Shown: positions 11,088-23,674 of the stretch, one piece after another
How positions within the stretch are numbered: the first letter of the stretch is position 1
Layout: the number at the start of each line of letters is the position of its first letter
Assembly (NCBI GenBank): GCA_000708835.1
Contig: DF237147.1
Location: 1 to 64,000 of the forward strand
Source: Klebsormidium nitens
Lineage: Eukaryota > Plantae > Klebsormidiophyceae
Reading direction: 5' to 3'
Length of the DNA stretch: 64,000 nt
Made by a program: the position numbers and the translations under genes
Notes under the pieces: model-generated
The model's input: only the letters and a program-made list of their open reading frames with translations
What the model was told of the DNA's origin: nothing
Databases searched by the model: none

Positions 11088-11699
11088 CTAACTTTGAAAC
11101 GACTGCGTCGTTTCGCGAGTCCTGCGCAAAAGGTACTTTTGGCGAAATAAGTGAGCGTTGATTTTTTGAGCGCTGCTTTGGAACATCGCAGTGTCTTGAC
11201 TGTAGAAATCAGGGGACTGTTTGGTGCCAAGCTCGCAGGGACTGATTTTGACACTGTTGTGCAACTTGGCAGATATTTTCGCGCACCATGTGGCAAACAT
11301 CCATTACACGCTTGCATGCGGCGAGTCGAAACCGTATCGCAATGTGTACATGTCGCAGGTTCTGTGTATAAACAAGGCGCAATTGACACTATCAAAACTC
11401 CAACAATTGGTGAGGTTTTTGCGCACCATCGATGCAATTTCTTACGGCCTGATCTTCAACGGCTACTTTGGCCTTATCTTTAGAATTGGATATCACAAAC
11501 CGAATCAACTGACAGTCTCCTGCGGCCTTTAATTAGAGGCGAGGGTCGCGGCGTTTTTCAACAACTAAATGTGTTAGAAACTTGAGGGAACTTGCAGTAG
11601 GACGAAATCATAAGTGACTGTGGCTTCGGACTTTGCCAAGTTCTTGCTCACCTTGTTTGCGTTGCGAGAACCCACATGTCACGTATCGGGATACTGGAT

Positions 11700-13110
11700 T
11701 GCGGAGTTGAGCGCAGAAAAGCGCGAAGCACCGTGGTGGTACCTCGTCGGTACCCTAGTGCGACCTTGGTGCGTACAAGGTAGCACCACGAACGGTACGC
11801 GCTGTCGAAATTTTTTAGCTCGTCGGTACGGTGCAAAACGAATTTGGGCTCCGCGGTACCAGCAGGAAGAAACGGCACTGGTACTCAGTTGCTGCATGAT
11901 TTTTGACATGCAGTTCCGTAAAAACCGGGACTTCTGTGGAAGATTTGTGGCTCTATGCAGATGGCTCCCCGGGGGCTGCTTGCTTATCTGACCGGGCATC
12001 CCTATTTCCTTGAGCTCACGCTCAATCGCGCCCGGTGTCTAATTATTGTACCACCGGGCTGTACGAGGCCACGATGGGACCTACCTCAAACCCAACCTTC
12101 GGAACTTTTTAAAAGTACGGTACCGGTACCTGAGTCGGGTCATACGGAACTCATACCTAGCTAGGAACTCTGGGTACCGGTCGGTTCTGACATTGGCCAT
12201 GCAATGGTTAGGGTACCGGTATCTACCGTAGTTTACCGGGGACATCTACTTGTACAGTATCGTATGTATCTACCGTGGTACGACACCTGTCGCTATGTAC
12301 ACGACCGGACGGTTCATTTTCAAAATTCGTAATCAACGGATTTTTAAATCTGACTCGCCTCGCCGGAAGCCTGACAACCGTCCATTTCCTTAATTTCGGA
12401 TTTCCGGATCTACGCCTAATGTACAACTAGCACGTACATAGCAGTTCTGCTTTAACCTTTGGGTTATGTCAGTCAGGATACCCCCGTGAATGTGGATACT
12501 CCACGAACCCCACAGGTCAGGTTAAACTTGGTTGCAGAGGCCTCGGAACTTGTCAGGTTTGTATGAGCTGAGCTTCCGCTCCCCTTCCGCTGAGCTGGAC
12601 ACATTTGAATTGAGCTCAGAATATCTACTGAGCATCTGAGGAGTGGGCTCCCTGCACTGAGGAGTGGGCTCCCTGCAACTCCTAGCACAAAATAAGGGAC
12701 CGGGGCAAAGCTCTTGATGGGCCCCTGCATTCACATCCTAGCTTTATAAAGCATGTGAAACGATTTTCTCTAGCTCAAAGAGAAATTCCAATGCAATAAA
12801 GAATGCCTTTAGAGGCTAATTGCAACTTTTGGAAGACCCGCATGGATGGACGCATGGCCACTATCGCAGCCATGATTGGGTTCGTTGAGAACGATTCCAA
12901 GGCTTGGAAACCATGGTTGCTTGCAGTCTCTCAGCTCCCTATGCGGAACCCTAAAATTTTACATACAACCAGCAGAGTGCCAGTACGGTCCCACTGTACT
13001 AGCACCGTGGTACCAAGTTGGAGTCATCGCGATACAACTCCAGGATTTTGGAGTTCCGTACGGTGATTATCGTACTGATACCGCAGTGGTACCACGGTGA
13101 CTGTACGCTG
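11700..13110. repeat. GGTACC/GTAC-dense structured region, probably a non-autonomous element remnant
   Basis: About nine GGTACC hexamers in 1.4 kb (counted by eye); 13-bp inverted repeat CACCGTGGTACCA at 13003-13015 and 13087-13099. Confidence 0.5.
12636..12677. repeat. Perfect 21-bp tandem duplication
   Basis: CTGAGGAGTGGGCTCCCTGCA twice. Confidence 0.95.
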
Positions 13111-14872
13111 ACTACGCGGAGTTCAGGCTAGCAGAATCCGCGTACGTGACATGTGCCCCGACCCGGACTGCCTGGCTATAAGAATTGCCCGAACCAAGCT
13201 GCCACCATTCACTTTATTTGTTAATGCAATTCTGATGATAATCATCGGATACGATGCGAGCAGCGGCATATAACGTATTGGGATATAGCATGTCAGGAGA
13301 GTTGGATTCGCCCTCAGCACAAGAGGTGAGAAGGGAATTTGCTGAAGAAACGGCCATGTGTGATTTGGAGAATGGATATGCCGTGCAGACGACGGAGCCG
13401 GCCACCGGTGACGTACGTCACTGGGAGCAGGTGGCCGCTCGACGCATCCGCCCCTGGATCTAGGCTCCGTGGGACGGAGCCCACTCCAAGCATGTGCTGC
13501 CATATCTCAAGCCGCACAAGTTCACGGGCATGTCTTTTGGCAAAGGAATGATCAGAAGGAGGGCCAGAAGAAGCGACCGCGACGATCGAGGAGACGCGCC
13601 GGGTGGAAGTCCCATCCACCAGACTTCCGGCCGGGCCGCTTGTTCAAAACGAATCTGGCGGCGTACGAACGGACCGCGTGGAGCACCGAAGCGATCTAGG
13701 CCCCTTGCCAAGATTACCGTCGGCTGGGGATCACGAGCCGGTCACAACTTACCCTCTTGTGGGGTTCGTTTCTCACTACATCGGCCGCCAAAGCGGACTG
13801 GTGGCATTGTATGGACGCCCGCAGATTCCGCTCAGCATGATTCGGGTTAGCTGGTTAGCCGTACATGCATGGAGCGGATTTTTCGCCACCCATAAATGTG
13901 CACTTCTTGGAAGGAATCCCACGGGGTTTCTTCCAAAGGTGGGCAGACATGTGTGAGTCGGACGAATTATGGAATAGATGTACAAATTATAATCCCGCAA
14001 AATGTACGATAGTGTAGTCGGATAAAACCGAGGCTGTCTCAGCTAGGGATATGGAAGCAAGGGACCACATACCAAGGTGCGCCCCTGGATGGTAAAGTGG
14101 TGACCCTGAACGAAGCTAGCAAAAGTCTCGGCATCGCCAACTGTTACGGCGACTCGATCAAGAAAGACTTGATCAAATCAAATCAAAGATTTGACCTAGG
14201 ATTCGCCATTGGCGTCCTCTGTCGAAGTTCTCAACATCCTGGTGTACCTTTTCTCCCATCCCAGCCCTTCAGCGAATGAACGTTCTGATTTGGATGGATA
14301 GCTAGGAAGGAGGTTTTTAATGACAATGCCGCGATTTCCGCTAGAATCACCGGCTAAATCTGACGCGACTCGGACGCTTTTCCATTGGGAGAAGCTGTCA
14401 CAGCTGTGACGAAAAAGTAAGATTTCGCTGCAACAATTACGGGCACGGCGTGCGTGGTCACGCGGCCGTCTAAAATACGTTGACGCACTGTCGTAGATAA
14501 CATTGAACCCTGAATCTTTGCCGGTCACGAGGAGTTGAGTAGGAACCTCAGTGATCGGCTCTTAGTAGAGGCTTGAGATGATATGCATGAACTTGGACGT
14601 GATCGACGCGGCCCTCTTTTCTAGCCACCGAAATTTGGATGGCAAGGCGCTTCATTTGTCTCTTCTCCGCCATGCTTTGGCCATCTCATGCGGTATTCTC
14701 ATGGTGCTGAGTGTGGAGTAGATTCTTCCTTTTGAAGACTGTAAAGCCCTTATCGAATCAGAGACTAGGTCTTGGGCTCGGATGCCGGAGCTTACAAAAG
14801 CAAGTGATTCGCCGCTAACTTGGGCCAAGATCAAGGACAGTTCGAGATGCAGAACAATGAAGTCACCTACCG

Positions 14873-17800
14873 TTATGGAGTCTTCTTTTCTACTTTTTGC
14901 AGCCTTTCTACGTCATAACTAACGCACACGTCGGCAGCGGTTTTCAACTGTAAAACAAAGAGCGTTTCCTTAATATGCATGGCAAGCATTAGAAATCGTT
15001 CTTCAATCGATCCACATTGCATAAGACAGGCGTGTTGAATCACATCGCCTCAATAATACCTACTCAAAATCACAAAGCGGGGTTCCATAACTTGTTGACG
15101 TAAATTAACCAATGTCTTGACCAACTCTTGAGCATTCAATCAAAGGGCCCCAGAACAATGATCAACTCTTGAGAGTTCGATTAGAACAAATCTCGGAAGC
15201 ACGCCAATGGCAATAGTGATATAAAGGCAAAGTGGACGACGCAAAAGCGACAAGCTTCTAGCACCGCTTAGGGACCACTTTGCGTTCCCAAGCGATCCAT
15301 TCAAATTTGATTCTAAAGGATCTTCAGGTTTCCGTCTAGAGCCATGATTAAGGAGCCACATAGCAAGTTGAGGGGTTAATGATCCCTTTATGCGGTCCTG
15401 CCGTAGGATAACCTAGCCCAAAACCTTAGCGCATTGAGGAGAAATTACTTGACTTAGCGTTCCAAAGAAACACCATCGCTCAATAGCCGTTTAGTCTTGA
15501 TGATGAGAACCTTCTCAAGAGTGCAACAACAAACTGGTCGGCGCCGCCCCCTCACCTGCACCAGGTTGACCACCTGCTTGACCGCCCACCCGGGGGCCGC
15601 CAGCCCGGCCAGCCAGTACACCGCCCCCCGCTCCGTGTGGGCCCACGCGGGGAGCTGCACAGCGCAGCCAGCGTGAGAAGCTGCCCGGGCCACCACTTGA
15701 CGTGGCAACTCCGCACGAGTGAGCTCCGAAGGAGAAAGATGGTACTTCTATGCAGAAGAGTCTAATGCCCGGCATATTTCGTGCTTCAAGGTGCTCTTCG
15801 AGGAGAGGGACCAGCGGGCACTCACCGCAGGCCACCCCCAGTAGAGCGGGTCGTGGAGGAGGTACAAGCACAAGTACAGCACCTGATACGAAGAGCGGCA
15901 AAATGAGGAGCACCGAAACCGGAACAGCTCTGTGTAGCATCCATGGATGAATTAAGTTGAGCAGAGGAGAGATTGTGCTTTCGTCGCTAGAGAGCTCCAA
16001 GCTTGTGTTCAAAGTAGGGCGGACTTCAAGCGTTGGAGACGTATGCAACCTCTCTTTGTACCAGGTCCTCGGACTAGAGGGTAGGCCGCAGTTGAGCTAC
16101 CAAAGATCGCTGTGTTGCGGCGCATCACACGAGGCAGCCCAAGCTTAGCCTGAGGCTTGAGCCACGCTGTTTCGCCAAGCTTCTACAGAAGTCTGCTGGC
16201 CAGCTCTGTGCAGCACGGCCCCCGCAAGCACACCTCCCAGGGCCGCTGGCGGCACTGGGCAGAAGGGAACGAGGGCAAGAGACTGCCGGACCTCCGTCGC
16301 GACCCCAGGCGGTACCGGTCGCGGTCTTGCGGGGGAATCACCCGGGGTGGGCAATCAGAGGGCGGCCGCATGGCGGGCGTGCGGCGGTGGGCGGGCTCAC
16401 CTCCGCCCCGATGCAGCAGTAGCCCATGACGGCGCGGTAGCGGTAGTAGAGGCGCAGCAGGAAAAAGGCGCGCGCGTCCACGTCCTTGTGGCTCGTCTTG
16501 CTCACCAGGAACGTGCTGCACGCGACACACCGCCCGAGGGGGACAGTGAGAGCGAGGAGACACGCGACGGGGACAACGACGGCTCGGCGAGCGCTTCGAG
16601 ATAGACTGGTGGCTCCCTAAGAACCACGATACGAGACTTCGAGCAGATGCAACCTTTCCGAACATTATCTTTATAGCAACGAAACGATCAGACGTCTTGG
16701 CAAACGGATAGGCAACAAACACGAAGCCGCTAGCTCCAACTCCTGGGGCGCAACTGGTGACGAAAGGGAAGAGGAGAAGGAGTTGTCGTAATTAGGTGTG
16801 AGTGCCAGGTGCCAAGGTCATCATGTCCGCATAAGGCGTGTTGTGCGGACGCAGAGGGATCCGCGAAGCTCAGGAAGGCTGCAGGCGTTTTCTGAAATGG
16901 GAGCCTCCCTTATTCATTAGAGACCTGGCGGTCAGTGCCGGCCGCTTCAGATAGTTCCGGTGAGCAGGCAGGCTGCTCGACGGTCTTACCAGTTTAACTT
17001 CTCAGAAGGGTCGAAGAACAGGCAAATCACCACAAAGCGCGCCACGTGCCACTATAGTCTGGTGGCACGTGGCAATTCAAACATTCCAAAATTGCGCAAA
17101 ATGCATCAGCAGCGGGTTAAAGTCCACTATTGTCTGAGATTACCAAGAGCCCCCATCACCACAAAATTGGATCACGGCAGTTTACAGCCTTGAGTCGCTC
17201 AGGATCTCAGGCTCGTTCATTTGAATGGTGACAAGGATTGGAGGATGCGCATTGGCTGGAGGTGGCCAGCCCCGGGCGCTAGTCGACCAACATTTGGGCG
17301 GGCCCACCTGTACATTTGCAGCCAGTGGCTGGCCACGTCCAGGACGAGCAGGCCCAGGCATGCCAGCCAGTAGTCCCTGCACGCACACACAGACAGCAAT
17401 CGCTCAGGGCAGGGCAAACGTCGTCGACTTTCTCTGCGCCAAAGTGGCTCAGCAGTGACGGCAGTATGCCGTTGCAAAGAGCAGCAGTACACACAGCTCG
17501 ACGAGATGTCCACGCCAGTTTTGTTGCAGCCCAACAAGTGCATCGGGAGCAGCTCGAAGCTTGCTGTCGGTGCTATGGAGTACGGGAACCTCGACAGTGT
17601 CCTGCTGGTGCATGCCTCCGCCCACCGTGCTCGTCAGAAGCGCTTAAGAAACCAACGAATGAGCAGCCGCAAGGACGGAATCCAGGACTGTCACCCGCAT
17701 GTGGTAGGTGCGAGGCTGGGCGTGCGCGCTCACTTGTACAGGTGGGACAGCACCAGCAGCAGCCCCGCGGTGCTCACGCGGTCCGTCACCATGTCCAGGA

Positions 17801-19694
17801 CCGCGCCAAAGGTCGAGGCTGCAACGCAGGCAAAGAAGGAATAAGTGAGCCTCGAAACCGACACCTAGCAACTTCTTCACTATCGCTTCCTGTTGAAAAG
17901 GGCTTGTTACAAAGGTGCTCGGCATTGAGCGGTGCAGCCACGAAGTGGTTGGTCATGTGTCTCGTTCAGGTCTTTGAGAAAGGAGCCAAAGAGGATTACA
18001 AATCAGCAATAAGAGATTGGCGTGCACTCAAGATCTTGTCTCACCAGAATTCTGGACCCGCAGCAGTGAGTGCAATTCTAGGCAACTGACCAAATTGATT
18101 TGGGATCTGTGTGGAGCAGAGCAAGAAACACATGCAAGCAAAGAACCGGGCATAGAAGAAACAGAACGGAAAGTAGTTCGGGCATAACATGGCGCAGCCT
18201 GATGGGAGACTTGAACTCGCAGCAACCCGCCCCGCAGCAAGGGCATGAGGCTGGGGGGGGAGAGAGCGTGGGCGTGCTCACTCTGGTTGAGCAGACGCGC
18301 AAAGCGGCCGTCCAGCTCATCGCACACAAAACTGCACCAGCAGCTGTCCACAGCGTCAGCAGGGGCATCCCAGCGCTCGCCGCAGCACTGCCGGTGGTCT
18401 TCCAAGGTGGACTGGACGATTGCAACAAGGCGAGTGACATTCTATGTGCGATCCCATGGAATGACGATATCAGCAGGGGTGTGGAAGGGTGAGCAAGGTG
18501 TCACTCATGATAACGAGGGACTTCCAAGTGCAGCAGTGTGTTCCTCTGTAAACAAACCCAGCTTAGAGCTTGCCGCGTTTAAAAGGAGAGCTCTGCCTGT
18601 AGTGAAGAAAGAACGCAACTTCTTTGGTTCTAAAAGACACTCTCCACAACATCGCTTTGCACATGGACGGAAGATCTACACAGGATCAAAGGAGTGAAGA
18701 AAGTGGGGCCAAAGGTCTGTCCCGGCTCTGCTCAAGCTTTCTGCAAGCTGTCAGCAGGACTGAATGAGGAGGTATGATCAGCCAAAGTGGGCATTCAACG
18801 GAGTGGTTTGGTGACTTTCGTCTCTAAATGTATACTGTCTGCAGCGACATCAGTCCTGAGCTTACCTGAGGAGGTACAGCACGAGGAACAGGCGGCTGTC
18901 CTTGAAAGCGTGGGCGAATGCCACCATGTTCAAAACAACACGCAGATAGCCTGCAGCATCAAGGGAGACACAAAATAACACGTCGGAAGTATGTTAACTA
19001 GTGAGCAGTGAGGTTGCAAGTCAAATCGAGGCAATGAGAACCGACAGCTTCATGTTAGCAGCCAAAGAACAATTGCTCGAGATGACACTCCCCCTTTTCG
19101 ATAAAAACACTTAAGAAAGTTGATCAGCAGAGTTGCCTTATTAAGGACCCACAAGCATTTGAGATGGGTACAGAAAAGATGGTACAATGTGGGGGACTCA
19201 AAAGTCATAAGGGAAAAGTTACTCGGATGTTCCGCTGATGGAGGAAAAATGGAAGAAGTCATTGGACAGGAGGACCGAACGAAGGGATAGTGGTGGGCAC
19301 AAAGCAAGATGCCCTTCCATGAACACCCTGGAACAGCATTCTCGCTGTCGGGACAAGTTGGAAGGTTTGATAGGTCCTAAAAAGCTGCGGGAATCTCCTA
19401 CGGCCATCATAGTGGCCAATGCTTCTTACATCCATGTATGCTAGCAGTCCCAAGGTATTAGGGCACGTATGCAGCACTAAAGCTATGTTGCACCAATTTC
19501 AATTGCCCCTTTAAAGGCGTCCAAAGGCCTCACTTTTGAGAAGCTGCATCTTGCGGCCATACAAGTATGGAAGTGCGGTGCCAGTAACACTCCTGACGTT
19601 TGTTGCTTCAATCAGAAGTGCAGACAGGCAAAGGGAGGAGGTCGATTGTCTCACCGATCAAATTAGGAACATACAGATAGATGGAGAGCGCCAT
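14873..19694 (-). CDS. PIS: Phosphatidylinositol synthase (CDP-alcohol phosphatidyltransferase), 9 exons, 224 aa
   Basis: Exons 19655-19694, 18866-18950, 18282-18331, 17734-17818, 17308-17376, 16401-16515, 15826-15882, 15556-15654, 14873-14947; all GT-AG and in phase (675 nt). Motifs YLYVPNLIGYLR, DELDGRFARLLNQTSTFGAVLDMVTDR, LDVASHWLQMYS, KQVVNLVQLKTAADVCV. Confidence 0.96.
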
Positions 19695-20563
19695 GGCGTG
19701 GCCTCTTTCCCTACTTATAGCAGCGCGGTGTCCTGGACCTCAGCAGAGCTGCTCAGCTGCTCGAACTGTCACCTGTAAAAGCGAAATTACCTAGCGAGAA
19801 GAAAGCTACAAAAAGATTTCAGGCTTTCGAAGACAAATTGCTCCATGAGGTCCTTGGTCCTCGGAGGAACGCTAAATTAAATTTAAAATACAAGCATTTG
19901 GCGCTGGTGACTGGTCCACACTCAAGTCGGAACCCTAAAATCTGGCCTGCTTGGCAAGCATACTAAACCGGCAGTGTGAATGTGTAGGATTCTAGTCAAT
20001 CTATGTGATCTGACCGTCGATATGCGATCGGACGCCTTCAGCGAGTTCCTAATGGTCAAAGAGAGTGACCGTCCGTCATTGCCAGGGCACTGACAGTGAC
20101 TGTGTCAGTGATGGCAGTGAATGAGATACTAATTTTTTGTGCGCGTTCCTCTCACAATTCTGCCTTTCACTGTCATACATTTGGAGCTGATCTCGAGGCC
20201 TTCTCGTTCTATCTAGCTACCTGTGCATGCCAAGCGAGGGCGCCTTGCAAATCGCTTGTGTATGCGCCAATTGTATAGATGGTGCTTAGCACATGCTGCA
20301 TCGGGAGCATATCTCGACCTTGGCTTACGTTGTGAGATTGATGCATCAGGTTTGAGCTATTGCTAATAGAGGGATCGGAGACCGGAGGCTCCTATCAAGC
20401 TTGGAAGGCCATCTTGGAGTTGCACATGAGTAGTTGGTCAAAGAGCGGCGCTTTTGCCCAATCTCAGGAAGGTATCATCCCCAGGAGATGTAGAGCTGTG
20501 GCAGCCAAACATTAAAAAGGGCGGTGCTGCTGCGAGAGGGCCCTTTCTCGGGCTGTGTTTGTG

Positions 20564-22537
20564 ATGGCGCGCCTTGCTCCCGGGGCGGCCCTGCTGGCCC
20601 GGTGCTGTGGCAAGCGGTGCAGCCTGCGCAGCTATCAGCTGCAGGCCCTGGGCCTCACCTTCCTGGCATACACACTGTATCACGCCGCCAGGAAACCCCC
20701 CAGCATCGTCAAGAGCTCCCTGGATCCTGAGAAGGATGTGGCTGCTGCCTCGGCCGCCAGCAACCTTGGCGCAGCGGGCCCTGCAGCCGGATGGCCTCCC
20801 TTCAACAGCGCGGGTGGGAAGGGCCTGCTGGGGGACCTGGACGTGGCCTTCCTGGGTGCGTATGCGGCGGGCATGTTTGTGGCGGGCCACCTGGGGGACC
20901 GCGTGGACCTGCGCCTCTTCCTCTTTGGTGGCATGTTCCTCTCGGGCGCCTTCACCGTCCTGTTTGGTATGGGCTTCTTCTGGGGCGTGCACCGCCTGGC
21001 CTACTTCCTGCTCGTCCAGGTGGCTGCGGGCGCGTTCCAGAGCACCGGGTGGCCCAGCGTGGTGTCCGTGGTGGCCAACTGGCACGGCAGCCAGCGCCTG
21101 GGCTTCATCATGGGCTGCTGGAATGCGCACGTCTCCGTTGGCAACATTCTAGGGTGAGCACTGTCTGCTGCCTCCGCCAGGGGCACGCTTGCTCATCAAG
21201 GCCTCAGGTGCTGCCATCCTGCGGGAACTAGTAATGGACCTCCTCAGGATTGGGCAAGAAGCGGAACGTCCCTGTCCAGCTGTGGTGCATGGCCTCTTGT
21301 GCCCCTTCACCTGCTGTCTGCCCCTGCTGTCTGCCTGCCACGTTGCGCCCTGCTCGCTCCCCTCAAGGGCCTCACGTTGCTCGCTTTGCGGTGCCTGCCG
21401 CAGGTCGCTCATTGCGGCGGAAGTGCTGGACCAGGGGTGGGGCTACAGCTTTGTGGTCCCGGGGCTGCTCCTTATGGCGGGCGGCGTGGTCATGTTCCTC
21501 TTCCTGGTGGTGCACCCCGAGGACGTGGGCCTGCACCTGCCGCGCGAAGCCGTCCCCGACGCAGACACCGCGGATGCCGGGGAGGAGGCCTCCACCCTGC
21601 TGCAAGACCGGCAGGAAGTAGCGGGCGCGGGAGGGGAGAGTGAAGATGCGGGCAGCGTGGCGCACAGCGACATGAAGGGGATCAGCTTCTGGGAGGCGTG
21701 GAGCATCCCGGGGGTGGCGCCATTTGCGGCGTGCCTCTTCTTCACCAAGCTGGTGGCGTACTGCCTCATGTACTGGCTGCCCTTCTACATCCGGCACACC
21801 AGTGAGCGCGCCCGCCCTGCCCCTGGCAGGTCTTCGGCCGGAGGCGTGCAGTGTCCGCTGCCTCGTTGAAGCACAGGCATGTATCCTAATCCAAGTCTAT
21901 GTTTCCAGCAGCACTGCCTCGCAATTCAGGAGTTTGCTCCGGACGCCAGCCTGATTCGGACCCCACTGGTCTTGCAGACATTGGTGGTTCCTACCTGTCT
22001 GACGCCGCGTCCGGGCGGTTGTCCACTTTGTTTGACATTGGCGGGGTGGCGGGCGGCATCCTGGCGGGGTCCCTGTCCGACCACTTTGCGGCGCCTGCAT
22101 CGACGGCGGCCGCGTTCATGTACGCGGCCATCCCGTGCCTGTGGGTGTACTTCCTGTGGGGGCACATCAGCCTGGGGCTTAACATCGTGCTGATGGTCCT
22201 GGCGGGCGTGTGCGTCAACGGCCCATACGCACTCATCACCACGGCTGTCAGCGCAGACCTGGGCAAGAAGGGCTCCCTGAACAACAGCCGGGCTACCGCC
22301 ATCGTGACTGCCATCATTGACGGCAGCGGCTCGGTGGGGGCAGCCATTGGGCCGCTGCTGACTGGTTGGATCTCGCAAGCAGGCAGGGGGCAGGGCTGGA
22401 GGTTCGTGTTCTACATGTTGATGTTGTCTGCCTTGGCTGCAGCGTTGCTTTTGAGTAAGCTTGTGAGGCATGAGTACCGTGAGCGGAGACTGAATCGAAG
22501 CCTTGTCCCTCAAGAGGGGGACCCGCTTGAACAGTAG
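20564..22537 (+). CDS. G3Pp: MFS glycerol-3-phosphate permease / SLC37-like sugar-phosphate exchanger, 3 exons, 515 aa
   Basis: Exons 20564-21153, 21404-21801, 21978-22537 in phase. Motifs [87 protein letters not shown]. Confidence 0.93.
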
Positions 22538-23674
22538 TCCAGTTCGATGCTTTTTCTGACAACGTGGGAGAGATCCTGAACGGTCTGTACAGGAATGTTG
22601 ACAAGGTCTCAATATGGATAATTTTGGATACAGCTGTAACATATCAAAGTCAAATACAGATTCACTGGATGCAACTTGACTAGCTGTGCACCATACTTGT
22701 ACCATGCATACCCGGATTAAGGCCGTATGTCCAATTTGAATCTGTTGATTGTTTGATTCAATTGGCAGATCCTTTGTTGAGCGCCCCTGGATCATCATCT
22801 TATTAAGGTGTAATACGGACATCCATGATCAAGCGGCGATCGACTACTAAACACGTGTCCACTATAGCGAGATCACTGCAGCTGCTTTGCCTTCTCCCTG
22901 CTGCGAAGGTAAGTGGTCAACAGCTCAGTATAAGCTAGTGTAGATGTGCCGCCACGACATAAACACGCCCCATGTTTCATGCACGTACAAAAACTGAAGT
23001 AGGCTGAAGCGCACATTGATTCAAACATTTAGATTGTTTCATGGCATTCATGGCGGCAACAAAGGAGTACTCTCACTTTCCCTTCCCAAGTACGTATATA
23101 TAGTGGCAACATCGACTTTATACGCTAACCTTCGTGAGCTCTTGGAATATTCCGCAAGTTAGCGCTCTAAGATGTCATTTTTGCTCGGTCCGGAGACCAT
23201 GAACTATAACAGTGCTTTTGCTAAACCTGAAACATGTACTTTACACCTTCATGAAGAGATTCAGAGTGCAAACGCTTTCGCTCCTCCTCACGTTTCCTAA
23301 GCGCATCGACTATATGGGATCCGCAAACGTCGGTTGGTCGAGTATACTGGCTATGCTAGGTCTTTGGCGTGCTGCTTGCATACCAGACTGAGAAGCGCCT
23401 CCAGTGGCCACACCCTGCACAACAACCAGAAAGGCTGTAATGAGGTGTAGAATACATAATTGACCGTAAATCAACGACCGCTTGCTAATGAACTCTAATG
23501 TCCATTGCTATGTATTCAACAACAAGAATTAAAACGGACCAGTGAGTTATAGACAAGCAACAAGTGAGTTATAGACACAATGTCAATGAAGGCAAACTCG
23601 TCTTGGCAGAGTATTGAGTCACTTATATGTGCGGACTCAAAAGTAGCCGGCCACATCCCCTCCTCTTCGGGCCA

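Noticed and set aside
12470-12740. Possible MITE around the 21-bp tandem
   Set aside because: Candidate termini share only scattered bases; no TSD.
13250-13960. Several overlapping 70-126 aa ORFs
   Set aside because: No recognisable domain and no consistent splice structure; treated as TE-island debris.
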